NCBI RefSeq assembly: GCF_031769215.1
Contig: NW_026782116.1
Location: forward strand, 124,001 to 188,000
From: Ylistrum balloti
Lineage: Eukaryota
Direction of reading: 5' to 3'
Length of the DNA stretch: 64,000 nt
The translations under genes and the position numbers were made by a program. Below the pieces are notes generated by a model. It worked only from the letters and a program-made list of their open reading frames with translations. It did not search any database and was not told where the DNA came from. How positions within the stretch are numbered: the stretch's first letter is position 1; the number at the start of each line of letters is the position of its first letter. Shown piece after piece: positions 51,180 to 61,719 of this stretch.

Positions 51180-54100
51180 CTAATCCACATACAATGATGA
51201 CATGCATTTCACATCATCAGCTACACAAGAAACCTCAGAGATATCCTGGGAGTCCTGATAGCTTCCTGTACTGTTCAGTCCTGGGAGATCACATACATCA
51301 TTACTACAAGTGTTTATCTTGAGAGGAATGCTATCTGGATTAAGTAATATTGGATTGCCATTCTTGATGTTGAAGCTATTGTCTTTCTCTGACATCAGTA
51401 TAGATGTATTTTCATTTTCATTTGCAGCTGTTGTAACATTCCCTTGTAGTATTCCATCATTTGGGCTTAAAGTTTCTGGTTCCCTTTCACGAAATGTGTT
51501 TTCATCCTCATTGTTTGAATATGTAGACATGTTGCAGCTTTTTGAATTGGATTTGGATGTCAATATATTGTTCTTCTCAAACCTACTCTTGTGTCGTAAC
51601 CACCAGTCTGAACACTTCTGGTGAAAGGATTTTCGTAAGGTAGGGTCAAAGTCCAATAGCTCTTTGATTTCTTGGTCCAGACTTTCACCATCAGAATTTC
51701 TGTTTCTGGTAGTAGGATTAGCTTGTTCTAATGACTTGTTTTTAACCTGTTCATCAATAAAACTTTTGGAGTCGTGTGTCTCTCTTGTTATTTTCCGTTC
51801 ATTGCTTACATCTTCAGTAATGGTGTCCTCCTGTAGATTTGCCTCTATTTCATTATGGCCATGCCTCTCACCAGGATATGTACCTACATGGTTCATCTTA
51901 ACTTCATCAGTGGTGTCTTCTGCTGTTTGCCTATTTTGATTAAGGGTGCTATTGCAATTATCAGAGTTTATATTGAAGAGATCTGATGGTTTTCCAAGGT
52001 AATCTTGATGCATTTCGATACGATTTGATGGAGATCTGTTTTGATCTGCAGTCGTATTAAGAGGGGATGTAATGAAATCTTGTAAAGGTTTTGTTTGATT
52101 TGGTAGAGTAGAAATTGGCGTTTTCTTTTCTTTGTCATTCAGTCCATTGATCCCTCCTTCTGTGTATTCAGTTAACTCCTGGTGTCTCTGATTACTTCTT
52201 TTGAAGTTCTTCTGTGTCTCAAAACCACATGCAGATGCCAGTCTTTTCTGGACACAGCTGTTTGTGCTATTTTTCTCAGGTAAATTATGTTCAAAACGTC
52301 CTTGATACAGTTGGTCATGGTAGTCTTTCAAACTTTCTTTAAAGGAAATTTCCATTCGCTGAAGGGGAAATGGTGATGGCGATGCTGGCTTCTCCTTTCC
52401 AAATGTTTTTTGTCTTCTGATATTTTGGTTGTTGACTTCAACTGAAGTCATTCCAGACAATTGTGAAAATTCCTGGTGTGGAACAGACAAGTTCCCATCG
52501 ATGAAAGGAGGGCAGCTACTGGATGTCTGGGATAATTTTGCTCCCAAATAAGAGGTCTGGTCCACAGGATGTGGTGTCATAATTCTGTATTGTTTTAACA
52601 TTTGGTGAAAAAGTTCTGCTGATGATTGGCAGTCAGTATGTGGATAGAGCTGATGGAATGGATGTAATCTAAACACGTTGTCTAATGGGAATGATGGAGG
52701 TTGGTCATCTGTTGTGGTAAAATTAGTCGATGTTTTTGGGAAATTCTCGGGAAATGGAGCTCTACTGAATGTTTGTTTTGGACTTTGTAGATCTGATTCT
52801 GTTTCAGTTGTACTATTTTCATGTGTAGTTGTTGCTTGACCAGGTTTCGTTTGTGTCCTCAGGTGAGCAGTGTCTGTACACGCCGATGTGAAACCATTTC
52901 TATACCGGTATAAGTGTTCCATTCTAGGTTGATTTGACAAGGCATTGAGGTTAGTTCTGTATCCTTGACTGGAAATGGCTTTTCCATGTTGAATAAAGCT
53001 GTTCTGGGGATGATTACCTGTCAAGGTTTCATCACTAAATCTTTGTTCTGTGTAATAATCAGGAAAAGGCCTGCTACTTTCGGTCTGTGGTGTTTCATTA
53101 ATTTTGTTGACATTGGTGCTGAGAAGTAAAGTTTGTTCATCAAGTAGTAATTTGTTTACAAATGATTGTGTATTCAGAAGGCCCCTAGCAGAAATCAATT
53201 GATGTTTTGGTGTTCCTCTTCCTGCATTTATAGCATTTGTCATCATGTTTTGTGTACTTGTCATTAAATTTAGGGTATCTGTCATCAAGTTTGGTGTACC
53301 TGTCTTTGGTGTGTCTGATAGCCTGGTTGGTGTACCTGTCATCAAAGGTGGTGTAATTGATATCTGGTTTGGTGCATTTTCTTGCAAATTTGGTTCTTTT
53401 CTTAGACTTCGTAAAGCTGCTCTAGAATTTGTCCACAGTTCCTCTTGTACCTGATTTGATGCAGAAGTTTGTGAAGTGGAAACTTTTTGTGTGATATGAG
53501 TCATTGTCTCATCATCTTCATTTTCCTCACTTAATAAGTATTCTGCACAGTTCACCTTTCTTTGTGTTGCTAGTGCGATGACTTCTGGATCCACATAAGT
53601 CAATGAAGTTGGTGTCAGTTTGGAAAGATGTGATGGATAAATATTGAATCGCCGCTTTTCAGTGTCAAAGTCTGTAAAAAGCGGCAGTTTTTTGTAAAAA
53701 CGTGAAGATATCAAATCCTCCTGCAATTCTTGGATCTGTTTGTTATTCATGGCAGTACTTGAAAATCTCTTAGTTTTCTCTTTTGTGACTGTTCCGCCTC
53801 TACATGTGATAGTATGAGGAAGGCTGTAGAACTTTCCATTGGGCTGTATGCTGTTTAAGTATTTTTTGAAGATGTTGTATACAGAATAATTTTTTCCAGT
53901 ATTATAAAGCTTTATCTCCTCTACAGAAAGAATGCTATCTTTATCTTTATATGATGGCCCAGCTCCCTTTAAATTTCCAAAGAACTCAATGAAATCTCCA
54001 CCTTTGTCTGACTCAAGAAGGTACTGATTAGTCATCAACAAACTGTGTGCCTCTACTGTCTCTACACCAAACACAAAGGTATTCAATGCAAAAACAGCAC

Positions 54101-54575
54101 GTAGGAGTCCTTCTGGCGAGTCCAAGTCCAGAAAATATCTATCCCACAAATGATTCCTCTGATCAGATTGATCTGCAGAGCTCACGTTGACATGTTTTCT
54201 GTATGTTGTTTTGTAAGCTGCTTTTCGAAACTGAAGAAAATTTTCATCATGATGGTTCAAAAAATTCAGATGTGGACATTTAAGGTTGCTGATTAAATGA
54301 GCAGCCAGACCTCGGTAAATATTTTGGGCTGATTCTTTCTTAAATTCCGCACCATCTCCACGTCTCATGTTGTTAACAAAGTCTTTTAAATAATTGTCTA
54401 GTTGTTTTGGCATTACAAGCTCCAGATTGTCAGCTGTTGGAATTGGTGGTTCTCCAAGTCGTCTCTGCTGGTTTGCCTTTCTCGTCCATATATTCCAAGC
54501 ATTCATGGCCCATTTGCTGTATATAGCCCAAGACTTAGGGACATGAGGAATCCCTTCTGGTTTTTGATCATCCAT
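51180..54575 (-). CDS. DUF3504 (Crypton tyrosine-recombinase-derived) domain protein, about 1131 aa, single coding exon, nested antisense in VARS1 intron 1
   Basis: Intact 3.4-kb ORF. Acceptor ttttttcccc-ag|GAG ATG (exon starts 54578). N-terminal ~290 aa show the pattern seen in ZMYM2/3/4, QRICH1 and KIAA1958: KWAMNAWNIW, LDNYLKDFVNNMRRGDGAEFKKESAQNIYRGL, LWDRYFLDLDSPEGLLRAVFALNTFVFGVETVEAH, VYNIFKKYL...GKFY..P. The rest is S/T/N/Q-rich and low complexity. Confidence 0.85.
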   Translation of the reverse strand: MDDQKPEGIPHVPKSWAIYSKWAMNAWNIWTRKANQQRRLGEPPIPTADNLELVMPKQLDNYLKDFVNNMRRGDGAEFKKESAQNIYRGLAAHLISNLKCPHLNFLNHHDENFLQFRKAAYKTTYRKHVNVSSADQSDQRNHLWDRYFLDLDSPEGLLRAVFALNTFVFGVETVEAHSLLMTNQYLLESDKGGDFIEFFGNLKGAGPSYKDKDSILSVEEIKLYNTGKNYSVYNIFKKYLNSIQPNGKFYSLPHTITCRGGTVTKEKTKRFSSTAMNNKQIQELQEDLISSRFYKKLPLFTDFDTEKRRFNIYPSHLSKLTPTSLTYVDPEVIALATQRKVNCAEYLLSEENEDDETMTHITQKVSTSQTSASNQVQEELWTNSRAALRSLRKEPNLQENAPNQISITPPLMTGTPTRLSDTPKTGTPNLMTDTLNLMTSTQNMMTNAINAGRGTPKHQLISARGLLNTQSFVNKLLLDEQTLLLSTNVNKINETPQTESSRPFPDYYTEQRFSDETLTGNHPQNSFIQHGKAISSQGYRTNLNALSNQPRMEHLYRYRNGFTSACTDTAHLRTQTKPGQATTTHENSTTETESDLQSPKQTFSRAPFPENFPKTSTNFTTTDDQPPSFPLDNVFRLHPFHQLYPHTDCQSSAELFHQMLKQYRIMTPHPVDQTSYLGAKLSQTSSSCPPFIDGNLSVPHQEFSQLSGMTSVEVNNQNIRRQKTFGKEKPASPSPFPLQRMEISFKESLKDYHDQLYQGRFEHNLPEKNSTNSCVQKRLASACGFETQKNFKRSNQRHQELTEYTEGGINGLNDKEKKTPISTLPNQTKPLQDFITSPLNTTADQNRSPSNRIEMHQDYLGKPSDLFNINSDNCNSTLNQNRQTAEDTTDEVKMNHVGTYPGERHGHNEIEANLQEDTITEDVSNERKITRETHDSKSFIDEQVKNKSLEQANPTTRNRNSDGESLDQEIKELLDFDPTLRKSFHQKCSDWWLRHKSRFEKNNILTSKSNSKSCNMSTYSNNEDENTFREREPETLSPNDGILQGNVTTAANENENTSILMSEKDNSFNIKNGNPILLNPDSIPLKINTCSNDVCDLPGLNSTGSYQDSQDISEVSCVADDVKCMSSLYVD

Positions 54576-54945
54576 CTCCTGGGGAAAAAATAATCGAAAT
54601 TTTACTGCAGATAAAGTATTCACACCTGATCGGGGATGTGAAATCAGTACAATGGTTTATCTAGGTAATGGCTATGTAATGTTGATTAAACAATATATCA
54701 TCTGTTGTTAGATTTTAACCTTTAAAGCTGGTAATGGGGGCTAACTTACACATGTATCACAAGCACTGAAATTGTATCACAGAGTTAACAGCAGTCTGTA
54801 TTTATCATTAGAAATATGGACACATATCAGACGTGTTGTTTATCAGTTACAAGAAAGGATGGAAACATTTTGTGTTTCTAAACTGAAAATAACTATTGTA
54901 TTTGAAGACAATGGAATCCATAAAAAGTTGTAAACACATAGAGGT

Positions 54946-55762
54946 TTTTTAGGTCACCTGAGACAATGTCTCATGGTGACCTATTGCAATCACCTTTTTC
55001 TGGTGTCGTGCATACTTCTCAAAAACCCTTGAACCGATTTCAATGAAATTTTGCAGAAAACTTTCCTGGTCATAGAGGGACCAAAAAAGTGAATTATTCA
55101 TTCCCCACCCCAAAGGGGTCTGAGGGCAGGGCCAAAAGTGTCAATTGACTCAAATTTCAAAAATCTTTTTCTCAGTACCCAGATATGGTAGAATCAAATG
55201 CTCTTCATGGATGGCCTCAGGGTCTCACATTTCCCGGAGGGGTTAAATATTACTATAGTTTAAATAGGAAAAATACATTTTTGAGTATAATTTGTTTAAT
55301 TTTCATTGGCAATATTGGTTAAAATTATGAGCAAAGGATGACGGCTAGATGGTATTGATCCTGACTAGTCCCCAGGGTCTGATGAGTGGGGCCAAAATTG
55401 GTCAGACTTGAATTTCAAAAACTTTCTTCTTAACAACCAGGTTTGGTAGAATCAAATTCTCTTCATCGATGGAAGCATCTTAAGGTGCTTTACCAAAATG
55501 GGTCTCACTTTTCTCCCTGTTGAGGAGGTTAACTTCACTGTAATTTTCATGGAAAAATTCCATTTTTGAGTATAATGTTGTTTATTTCTTCACTGGAAAT
55601 AACTGTATTGTTAGTATAGGATGACAGTTTTGACACTGACTTACTATTATCAGTGTCACAGTTTTGTTTTTGATGACACTTGAAAGCTACTTACCATTTA
55701 AGCTCTATGCTCAATATTGGTGTCACAGGTGACCCTCAAGGTTCCAAGGCCCCTTGTTTTAA
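54946..55762 (+). mobile_element. HINE-like element with two ~258-bp core units
   Basis: 5' T-run plus palindrome AGGTCACC-TGAGAC-AAT-GTCTCA-T-GGTGACCT. GGTAGAATCAAAT(G/T)CTCTTCAT at about 55188 and 55446. 3' CAGGTGACC...AAGGCCCCTTGTTTT. Confidence 0.7.
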
Positions 55763-55789
55763 AAAATTATTGAGTTGTTAGTGGTATTT

Positions 55790-56210
55790 AAAGACTTGGA
55801 GACTTTTAGTGGATTATTGGACAGGTAGGGAATATTAGGGGATTTGTAGACAGTTTGGGCCCATTAAGGGATTTGTAGACAGGGAACATTAGGGAACTTG
55901 TAAACAGTTAGTGCCCATTAAGAGATCTGGAGACAGGTAGAGAACATTAAGGAATTTATAGCAGGTAGAGATCATTAGGAATTCATAGACAGGTAGAGAA
56001 CATTTTGTTATTTGAAGACAGGTATTGGAACCATTTGGGAATTTGTAGACAGTTTGGGAACATTAGGGAATTTGTAGACATGTAGGGAACAGTAGGTTAT
56101 TTTTAGCCAGGTAAGGACCATAAGGGGATTTGTAGACAGGAAGTGTCCATTAGGGAATTTGTAGACAGGTGAGGAGACGAAGCTATCTATAGACAAATTG
56201 GGACCATGAC
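55790..56210. repeat. Diverged 24-29-bp minisatellite
   Basis: Recurring ATTAGGGAATTTGTAGACAG...AAC units. Confidence 0.7.
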
Positions 56211-56594
56211 ATTATGTTTCTGCAGTGACTAGGGAGGTAATTGTATAAGACATAATACCAGTATTTCTGCCAATACCGTTTTCTCTTATCATTGATAAAT
56301 GGAAGTAATTACTGCCCATGATAACGACACATACCTTAGTGGAAGATTTTTATGAAGATTGTTCATAGCCGGAAAAGAGGGTGCAGAAGGGGGTTATTCA
56401 AATAGACATTTTGCTTTTATTTTGTGTGTGATTTTTTTCAAGCTTTATACGTCATTTGTCTAAGATTTAACAAATCTTAACGGAATTCAATTGCACCAGA
56501 ATTTTTTTTAACCTGACCTTATAATTTATCTCTGATCTGGTTTTGTTTAAAAGTCATTGAAAGAATGGCATGTCTTTATCAGACACCTACGTCA

Positions 56595-56678
56595 TACTAA
56601 ACATCACCAGTTATATGAGTATTGAACTGTCACCCACACTAAACATCACCAGTAATATGAGTATTGAACTGTCACCCT
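56595..56678. repeat. 42-bp tandem duplication
   Basis: ACTAAACATCACCAGT(T/A)ATATGAGTATTGAACTGTCACCC twice, 42 bp apart. Confidence 0.9.
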
Positions 56679-57064
56679 TTATTAGGATATATTGATACTG
56701 GCCTGTAATGTTATACTGGAACTAACTATAAACTTGAATCATTTGAGCAATCAGTATTTACTTAGTGTTCCAAGTCAATGGGTGTGTTTATAGATTATAC
56801 TAATTGGTGAGTTTTTATTTCAGAAATATGTTTATAAAAGTATGTAAAATCGTTCACATCAATTTTATCATATTTTCTGGAGTTTTGTTTTCTCAAAATC
56901 CATTTAAATTTCATGTTTTCTACCTACTTTTGAATTGATATATGCTAAATCACTAGCTTTTGTCTTGATTGGAGTTCTTTACCATATATCCCATCTACAA
57001 GCAAAATTTGGTTGCTAAAGTAGGTATACTTTTTAATATCTTCTCAACTTTAATGTGGAAGGAT

Positions 57065-57812
57065 GTTATAAACCAAATTTTCTGACACCCAAGGATGCTC
57101 TAGGCCAGACTTGGTAAAATAAAAAATCCTTGTTCACATAATCCAAACAGAGGGACCTTCAGATTTACCATAACCTCTCTTTCACCTTTTCGGCCATAAG
57201 GTGGTGCAGACCCTACTTGTGTACAAAATGAAGTACATTTTACCTGGATTCACTAACACAAATACAGTTGAGTCAAAACCCTTAATCTAAACAGAAGGAG
57301 GTTTTACAAGATTTAGACCTTTTTATCCTATTGGGCCCAGCTCCTTCTTTAGATTGAAAATAACTTTTCTTTACTAAAAAGTGCTTATACAAAAATTTTT
57401 CGTGACTCCTTTTTTGTAACACATGGATTTACAGATTCAGTACCATTTCCCAATTGGGACCCATCATTCAGTGTTTTCCCTATTGGGTCCTAACACTCAG
57501 TATGTTACCCTGGCTTTAATGGGCTCAGGCCCTCAATTTATACAAAATAAAATCTTTTTCACCAAAGGTGAATTTACACTGATTCTCGTCAAAATGCCAT
57601 CATCCGAACAGAAGAAAAGTTTTTAAAAATTACCTCTGTTTCCCCTTTTCAGCATAACCTCTTTTTTCTCATGGGGCCAGACTCTTGTTTTATACAAAAT
57701 GAATTGTCTTCACCTAATGTGCCCTAGGGCCATATTTGGTCAAAATCCAATTTGGCAGCCAGATAAACAGACGGCTCACCACTACATAAGCTCACTAGAG
57801 CCAGAAGAGCTA
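57065..57812 (-). mobile_element. HINE-like element remnant
   Basis: Reverse strand begins TAGCTCTTCTGGCTCTAGTGAGCTTAT...GCCGTCTGTTTATCTG, followed by diverged core-repeat-like sequence. Confidence 0.5.
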
Positions 57813-57844
57813 TATAGAATACACACATATTTTCACATACTTAC

Positions 57845-58092
57845 CTGGACAGCTGGTGTTGGAAGCCTGTGTTTTAACTGTTCAGCTGGACTTCTCTGTA
57901 AAGCATATCTTCAGCTTTTTGGTGTCTGATACGATGATAATTTGTCCTTTGTTCTGGTGACCGCTGGTCAGATGTGACTACCTGAGCTGGTCCCTTTTTC
58001 ACACCTTTCAAACAAGTGTTGATATCATTTACAGACTTTTTTAAAATCTTTTGAAGTCCTGAACACAATCTCAGCTATGTCCATCCTTTAAC
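57845..58092 (-). other. Candidate non-coding (5' UTR) exon of the nested DUF3504 gene
   Basis: Acceptor cttgatag|G at 58092 and near-consensus donor CCAG|gtaagt at 57845. All frames contain stops; three short ATG-initiated ORFs. Confidence 0.45.
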
Positions 58093-59504
58093 CTATCAAG
58101 CAATCTGTTTTTTTGAAAATGTCCAGAGCTGTGTGGGATAAAGAATCAACTTTGTTGTAATTGTAGAGTACCATTAAAAACCCACACAACACAAGTAGAT
58201 ATGTGGTTAGTGCAGAGAGCATTTCCACCATCACACAAGTGTCTCTGACTGTGTCCCTCCCTGTAGTGAGGTACAGCTCTAGGTCTGGTCAACACCAAAG
58301 GCTGGGGCACTCAGGGAGCTAGCACCTGCTGGTATGTGATTATGATGGAGCTGAGCAGCTCCTAAAACCTGGACTGGATAGATTGTGTTTTTCACCCAAT
58401 ATTTAAAAAGTGTACTCTTAAGTGAACAATTTATAATAATCTGTTAAATGATCAAAATGGTGAACTGTAAACTGTGGCTAACCCTGCATTTGGTGCTGGG
58501 GATAAAATTATGCTGATAGCTATATCAATAAGTTAGATGTTTCTCTTTGAGTTCCCAATAATAAAATGAAAAACAGAAAAACGGAATTAAAACTACATGA
58601 GAAATAAAAGAAATGTTATGCACATGTCTTGGTCAATTGGTCAGTCATTGGTCAGCCTATACTAAACCTGAATAACAAGTCACACTTCTACCCATGATGT
58701 ACAAATTACATGATACATATTTATGCCTAATATGGGCTTGCTCTATACGATAGGACACTGTAAACATAGGTTGACTATACATATACAAACATAGGCCAAA
58801 ACGAAAGTACACATTATGAACACTCACACAAACGACTGGATGTTGCACCTCACATTACAAATTACATAAACCATATAACGTTTAATTGTGTTTCTTTTCG
58901 ATATAATAACATGTTTCTCATTAGGATATTGGCATGTTGAAGCTCTGTATTGCATTGTCATTGGTTTGTACAATACAGTAATGCAATGAGAAGTATACCA
59001 TACATGTAGTTATTCTGCAAGGCAACACTACCTCGGACTTTAAGACAGGGGATGGCTTATTACACAAAGACAAAATAGTATTTGTTGTAATACAATGGTC
59101 TTATCTGGGATTCCAGTCCCTCCAGACTGACACTGATGATATTTCTGACATGCAAATATTGTTCAGTGCAGATCTGACAGTTTTTGTCCAATAATGCTAA
59201 GTTATTTACTGACCAGAAGTTTTTGGTCAGTGTTTTTGGATGAGAAAACTGCCAAAGCAAGACTCAAGACGGAAGACCTGTGAATTTAACCAGGAACTAA
59301 AAGTACTGGTTACTGATGCCATCTAGATACATGGCATTGATAAAAAACATTTATATGGTGTAACAATGGACAGCCTACTTTTTTATATAAATTTCACAAA
59401 ACATTAAACCATGATAATTCCTCGAAGATGTCTTGTGGTGATGATTCAACCTTCTGCTTGTTATATTGCTAACTCCACCTTTTACAATAATGATTTTACT
59501 GCTA

Positions 59505-59782
59505 CAATTCCACTTTCCAATGAGAATTCCACCTTTTACCTCTACAATTCCACTTTTACAGTGAGAATTCCACCTTCTACCTCTACAATTCCACTTTTAC
59601 AATGAGAATTCCACCTTTTACCTCTACAATTCCACTTTTACAGTGAGAATTCCACCTTTTACCTCTACAATTCCACTTTTACAGTGAGAATTCCACCTTT
59701 TACCTCTACAATTCCACTTTTACAGTGAGAATTCCACCTTTTACCTCTACAATTCAACTTTCCAATGAGAATTCCACCTTCT
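59505..59782. repeat. 41-bp minisatellite, about 7 copies
   Basis: GAGAATTCCACCTTTTACCTCTACAATTCCACTTTTACAGT at 59522, 59563, 59604, 59645, 59686, 59727 and 59768. Confidence 0.95.
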
Positions 59783-59949
59783 TCTTGGAAGTTTGTAATT
59801 GCAGTCCATATTTTACTGTTAATACTACATGGTCGGTCAGACTTCATCTTTGACTGGTATTGTAAATAGGATGATGGTTCACCAGTCTGTGTGAAACCTA
59901 TTACCTAACACTGATGGTCGTCAGTAGACACACCAGGGACCAGGAGGGA

Positions 59950-60260
59950 GAGGGAGTTATTTATAGAACCTGTCACTTCATAGTGTCCCTTATCTGTCCC
60001 ACTTAACTCCACTGAACCTTCAAATGACAGAAGAAACCTGCACACTATTTAAGTGAAACCTTAGAGTCTAAAAATTGTAACAATTTGAAATTCTTTAAAT
60101 TATTAAGTCATTAAGCAGTCATAGGACTTATTGAATGGATGTGGATATGTGAAGGAGGGGAGTGGAGAGAGAAGGACGAGGAGGAGGGGGGGGAGTTATT
60201 TATTGAACCTGTCACTACATAGTGGCCCTTATCTGTTCCACTTAGCTCCACAGAACCCAC
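59950..60260. repeat. About 70-bp dispersed direct repeat, two copies about 240 bp apart
   Basis: GGGAGTTATTTAT(A/T)GAACCTGTCACT(T/A)CATAGTG...CCCTTATCTGT...CCACTTA(A/G)CTCCAC at about 59952 and 60191. Confidence 0.8.
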
Positions 60261-60614
60261 CTCCAGTGATATTTTGTGTTGATAGCTGTGTTTTGAGTTT
60301 GTCTGCTGAAAGGCAGTAACAGTGAACAAAAGTTGATGTAAAAATATGATAAAAAGACAGCTATATATGTCCAAATCTTCTCATGTAAAATCATAGCTTC
60401 ATATTAGAAACCTCTTTTTTATGCACAACTTAATCCTTTTCCATTCTAATTTATGCAGAAAAAAAGATTTTAATTAAAATTATAGTGTCTCTGTGAAATC
60501 AGTATATGGTTACCATAGTTGTCATTACTTTGTCCGTTTGTTTATATTATCACAGACTGGCATTTCATTTTGGTTCATGATAGACTGGATATTAGTTGGG
60601 GATATTTGTTTGTG

Positions 60615-61108
60615 CATGTCTTTCTGACAAACCACATGTCTTTCTGACAAACCACATGTCTTTCTGACAAACCACATGTCTTTCTGACAAACAACATGTC
60701 TTTCTGATAAACCACATGTCTCTCTGACAAATCAAATGGGTCTCTGGCAATGTCTCTCTGACAAATCAAATGGGTCTCTGGCAATGTCTCTCTGACAAAT
60801 CAAATGGGTCTCTGGCAATGTCTCTCTGACAAATCAAATGGGTCTCTGGCAATGTCTCTCTGACAAATCATATGGGTCTCTGGCAATGTCTCTCTGATAA
60901 ATCAAATGGGTCTCTGACAATGTCTCTCTGACAATGTCTCTCTGACAATGTCTCTCTGACAAACCACATGTCTCTCTGACAAATCAAATGGGTCTCTGAC
61001 AAATCAAATGGGTCTCTAACAATGTCTCTCTGACAAACCACATGTCTCTCTGACAAACCACATGTCTCTCTGACAATGTCTCTCTGACAAATCTAATGGG
61101 ACTCTGAC
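60615..61108. repeat. Compound minisatellite built from 20-bp and 14-bp modules
   Basis: Modules T(T/C)TCTGACAAACCACATGTC, TCTCTGACAAATCAAATGGG and TCTCTG(A/G)CAATGTC in a patterned order. Confidence 0.92.
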
Positions 61109-61624
61109 AGTAACCTGTCCTGTTTGAAGGTTAGTTTGATGAACATTCCTAATCAACCAAAATAACATGGTGGTTCCTTTGATCAAAGCTGTTAAGTCCC
61201 CATGTCTGATAAAATGGTATTTGAAGATATCTAGGTTAATCAGGAGACCTGTGAATTAGAATTTGTTGAATATTTCTGAGAATTTAACATGTACCATGTT
61301 TATTCATAATAAGCCCATGCCAAGTGATAATTCCAGTTTAGATTTAAAGTCACATTTTTTTAAATCTGCAATGCGCCTACCCCCTGGGCATCTTACAGAA
61401 TAAATATAGTTGGATGATATTTTAACATACTCTTGTCACAAGTAGATGTAAAGGTTAAGACCAGCAAACATTAAAATGTTATGAATGTTATCTTCCCTTG
61501 GTTTAGATTGCTTATCAGATCTGAAGGTCAAGGATTAAGTTTATTGGTAAAAATGGAAAATAATAATGATAGTAAAAGTTACACACTAATGTTTAGACTG
61601 TTTTTCCTTTTTGTTGATTTACAG

Positions 61625-61697
61625 AAGAAAAAAGAACCAAAGAAAGAAAAAGCTGCCATTATATATGACAAGCCAACCAAACCAGGAGAGAAGAAAG
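61625..61697 (+). CDS. VARS1: VARS1 coding exon 2
   Basis: gatttacag|AAG. Encodes KKKEPKKEKAAIIYDKPTKPGEKK. Donor G|gtaaga (phase 1). Confidence 0.9.
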
Positions 61698-61719
61698 GTA
61701 AGAAGTCCAAAGGATCAAA

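Noticed and set aside
54576-54623. First 16 codons of the 1147-aa ORF
   Set aside because: They are mostly the intron's polypyrimidine tract and acceptor AG plus the first exonic codon; the ORF-track start is GTG.
58195-58370. tRNA/SINE-like segment (similar hints near 630 and 9870)
   Set aside because: No intact A and B boxes or cloverleaf; cannot be called a tRNA or a defined SINE.
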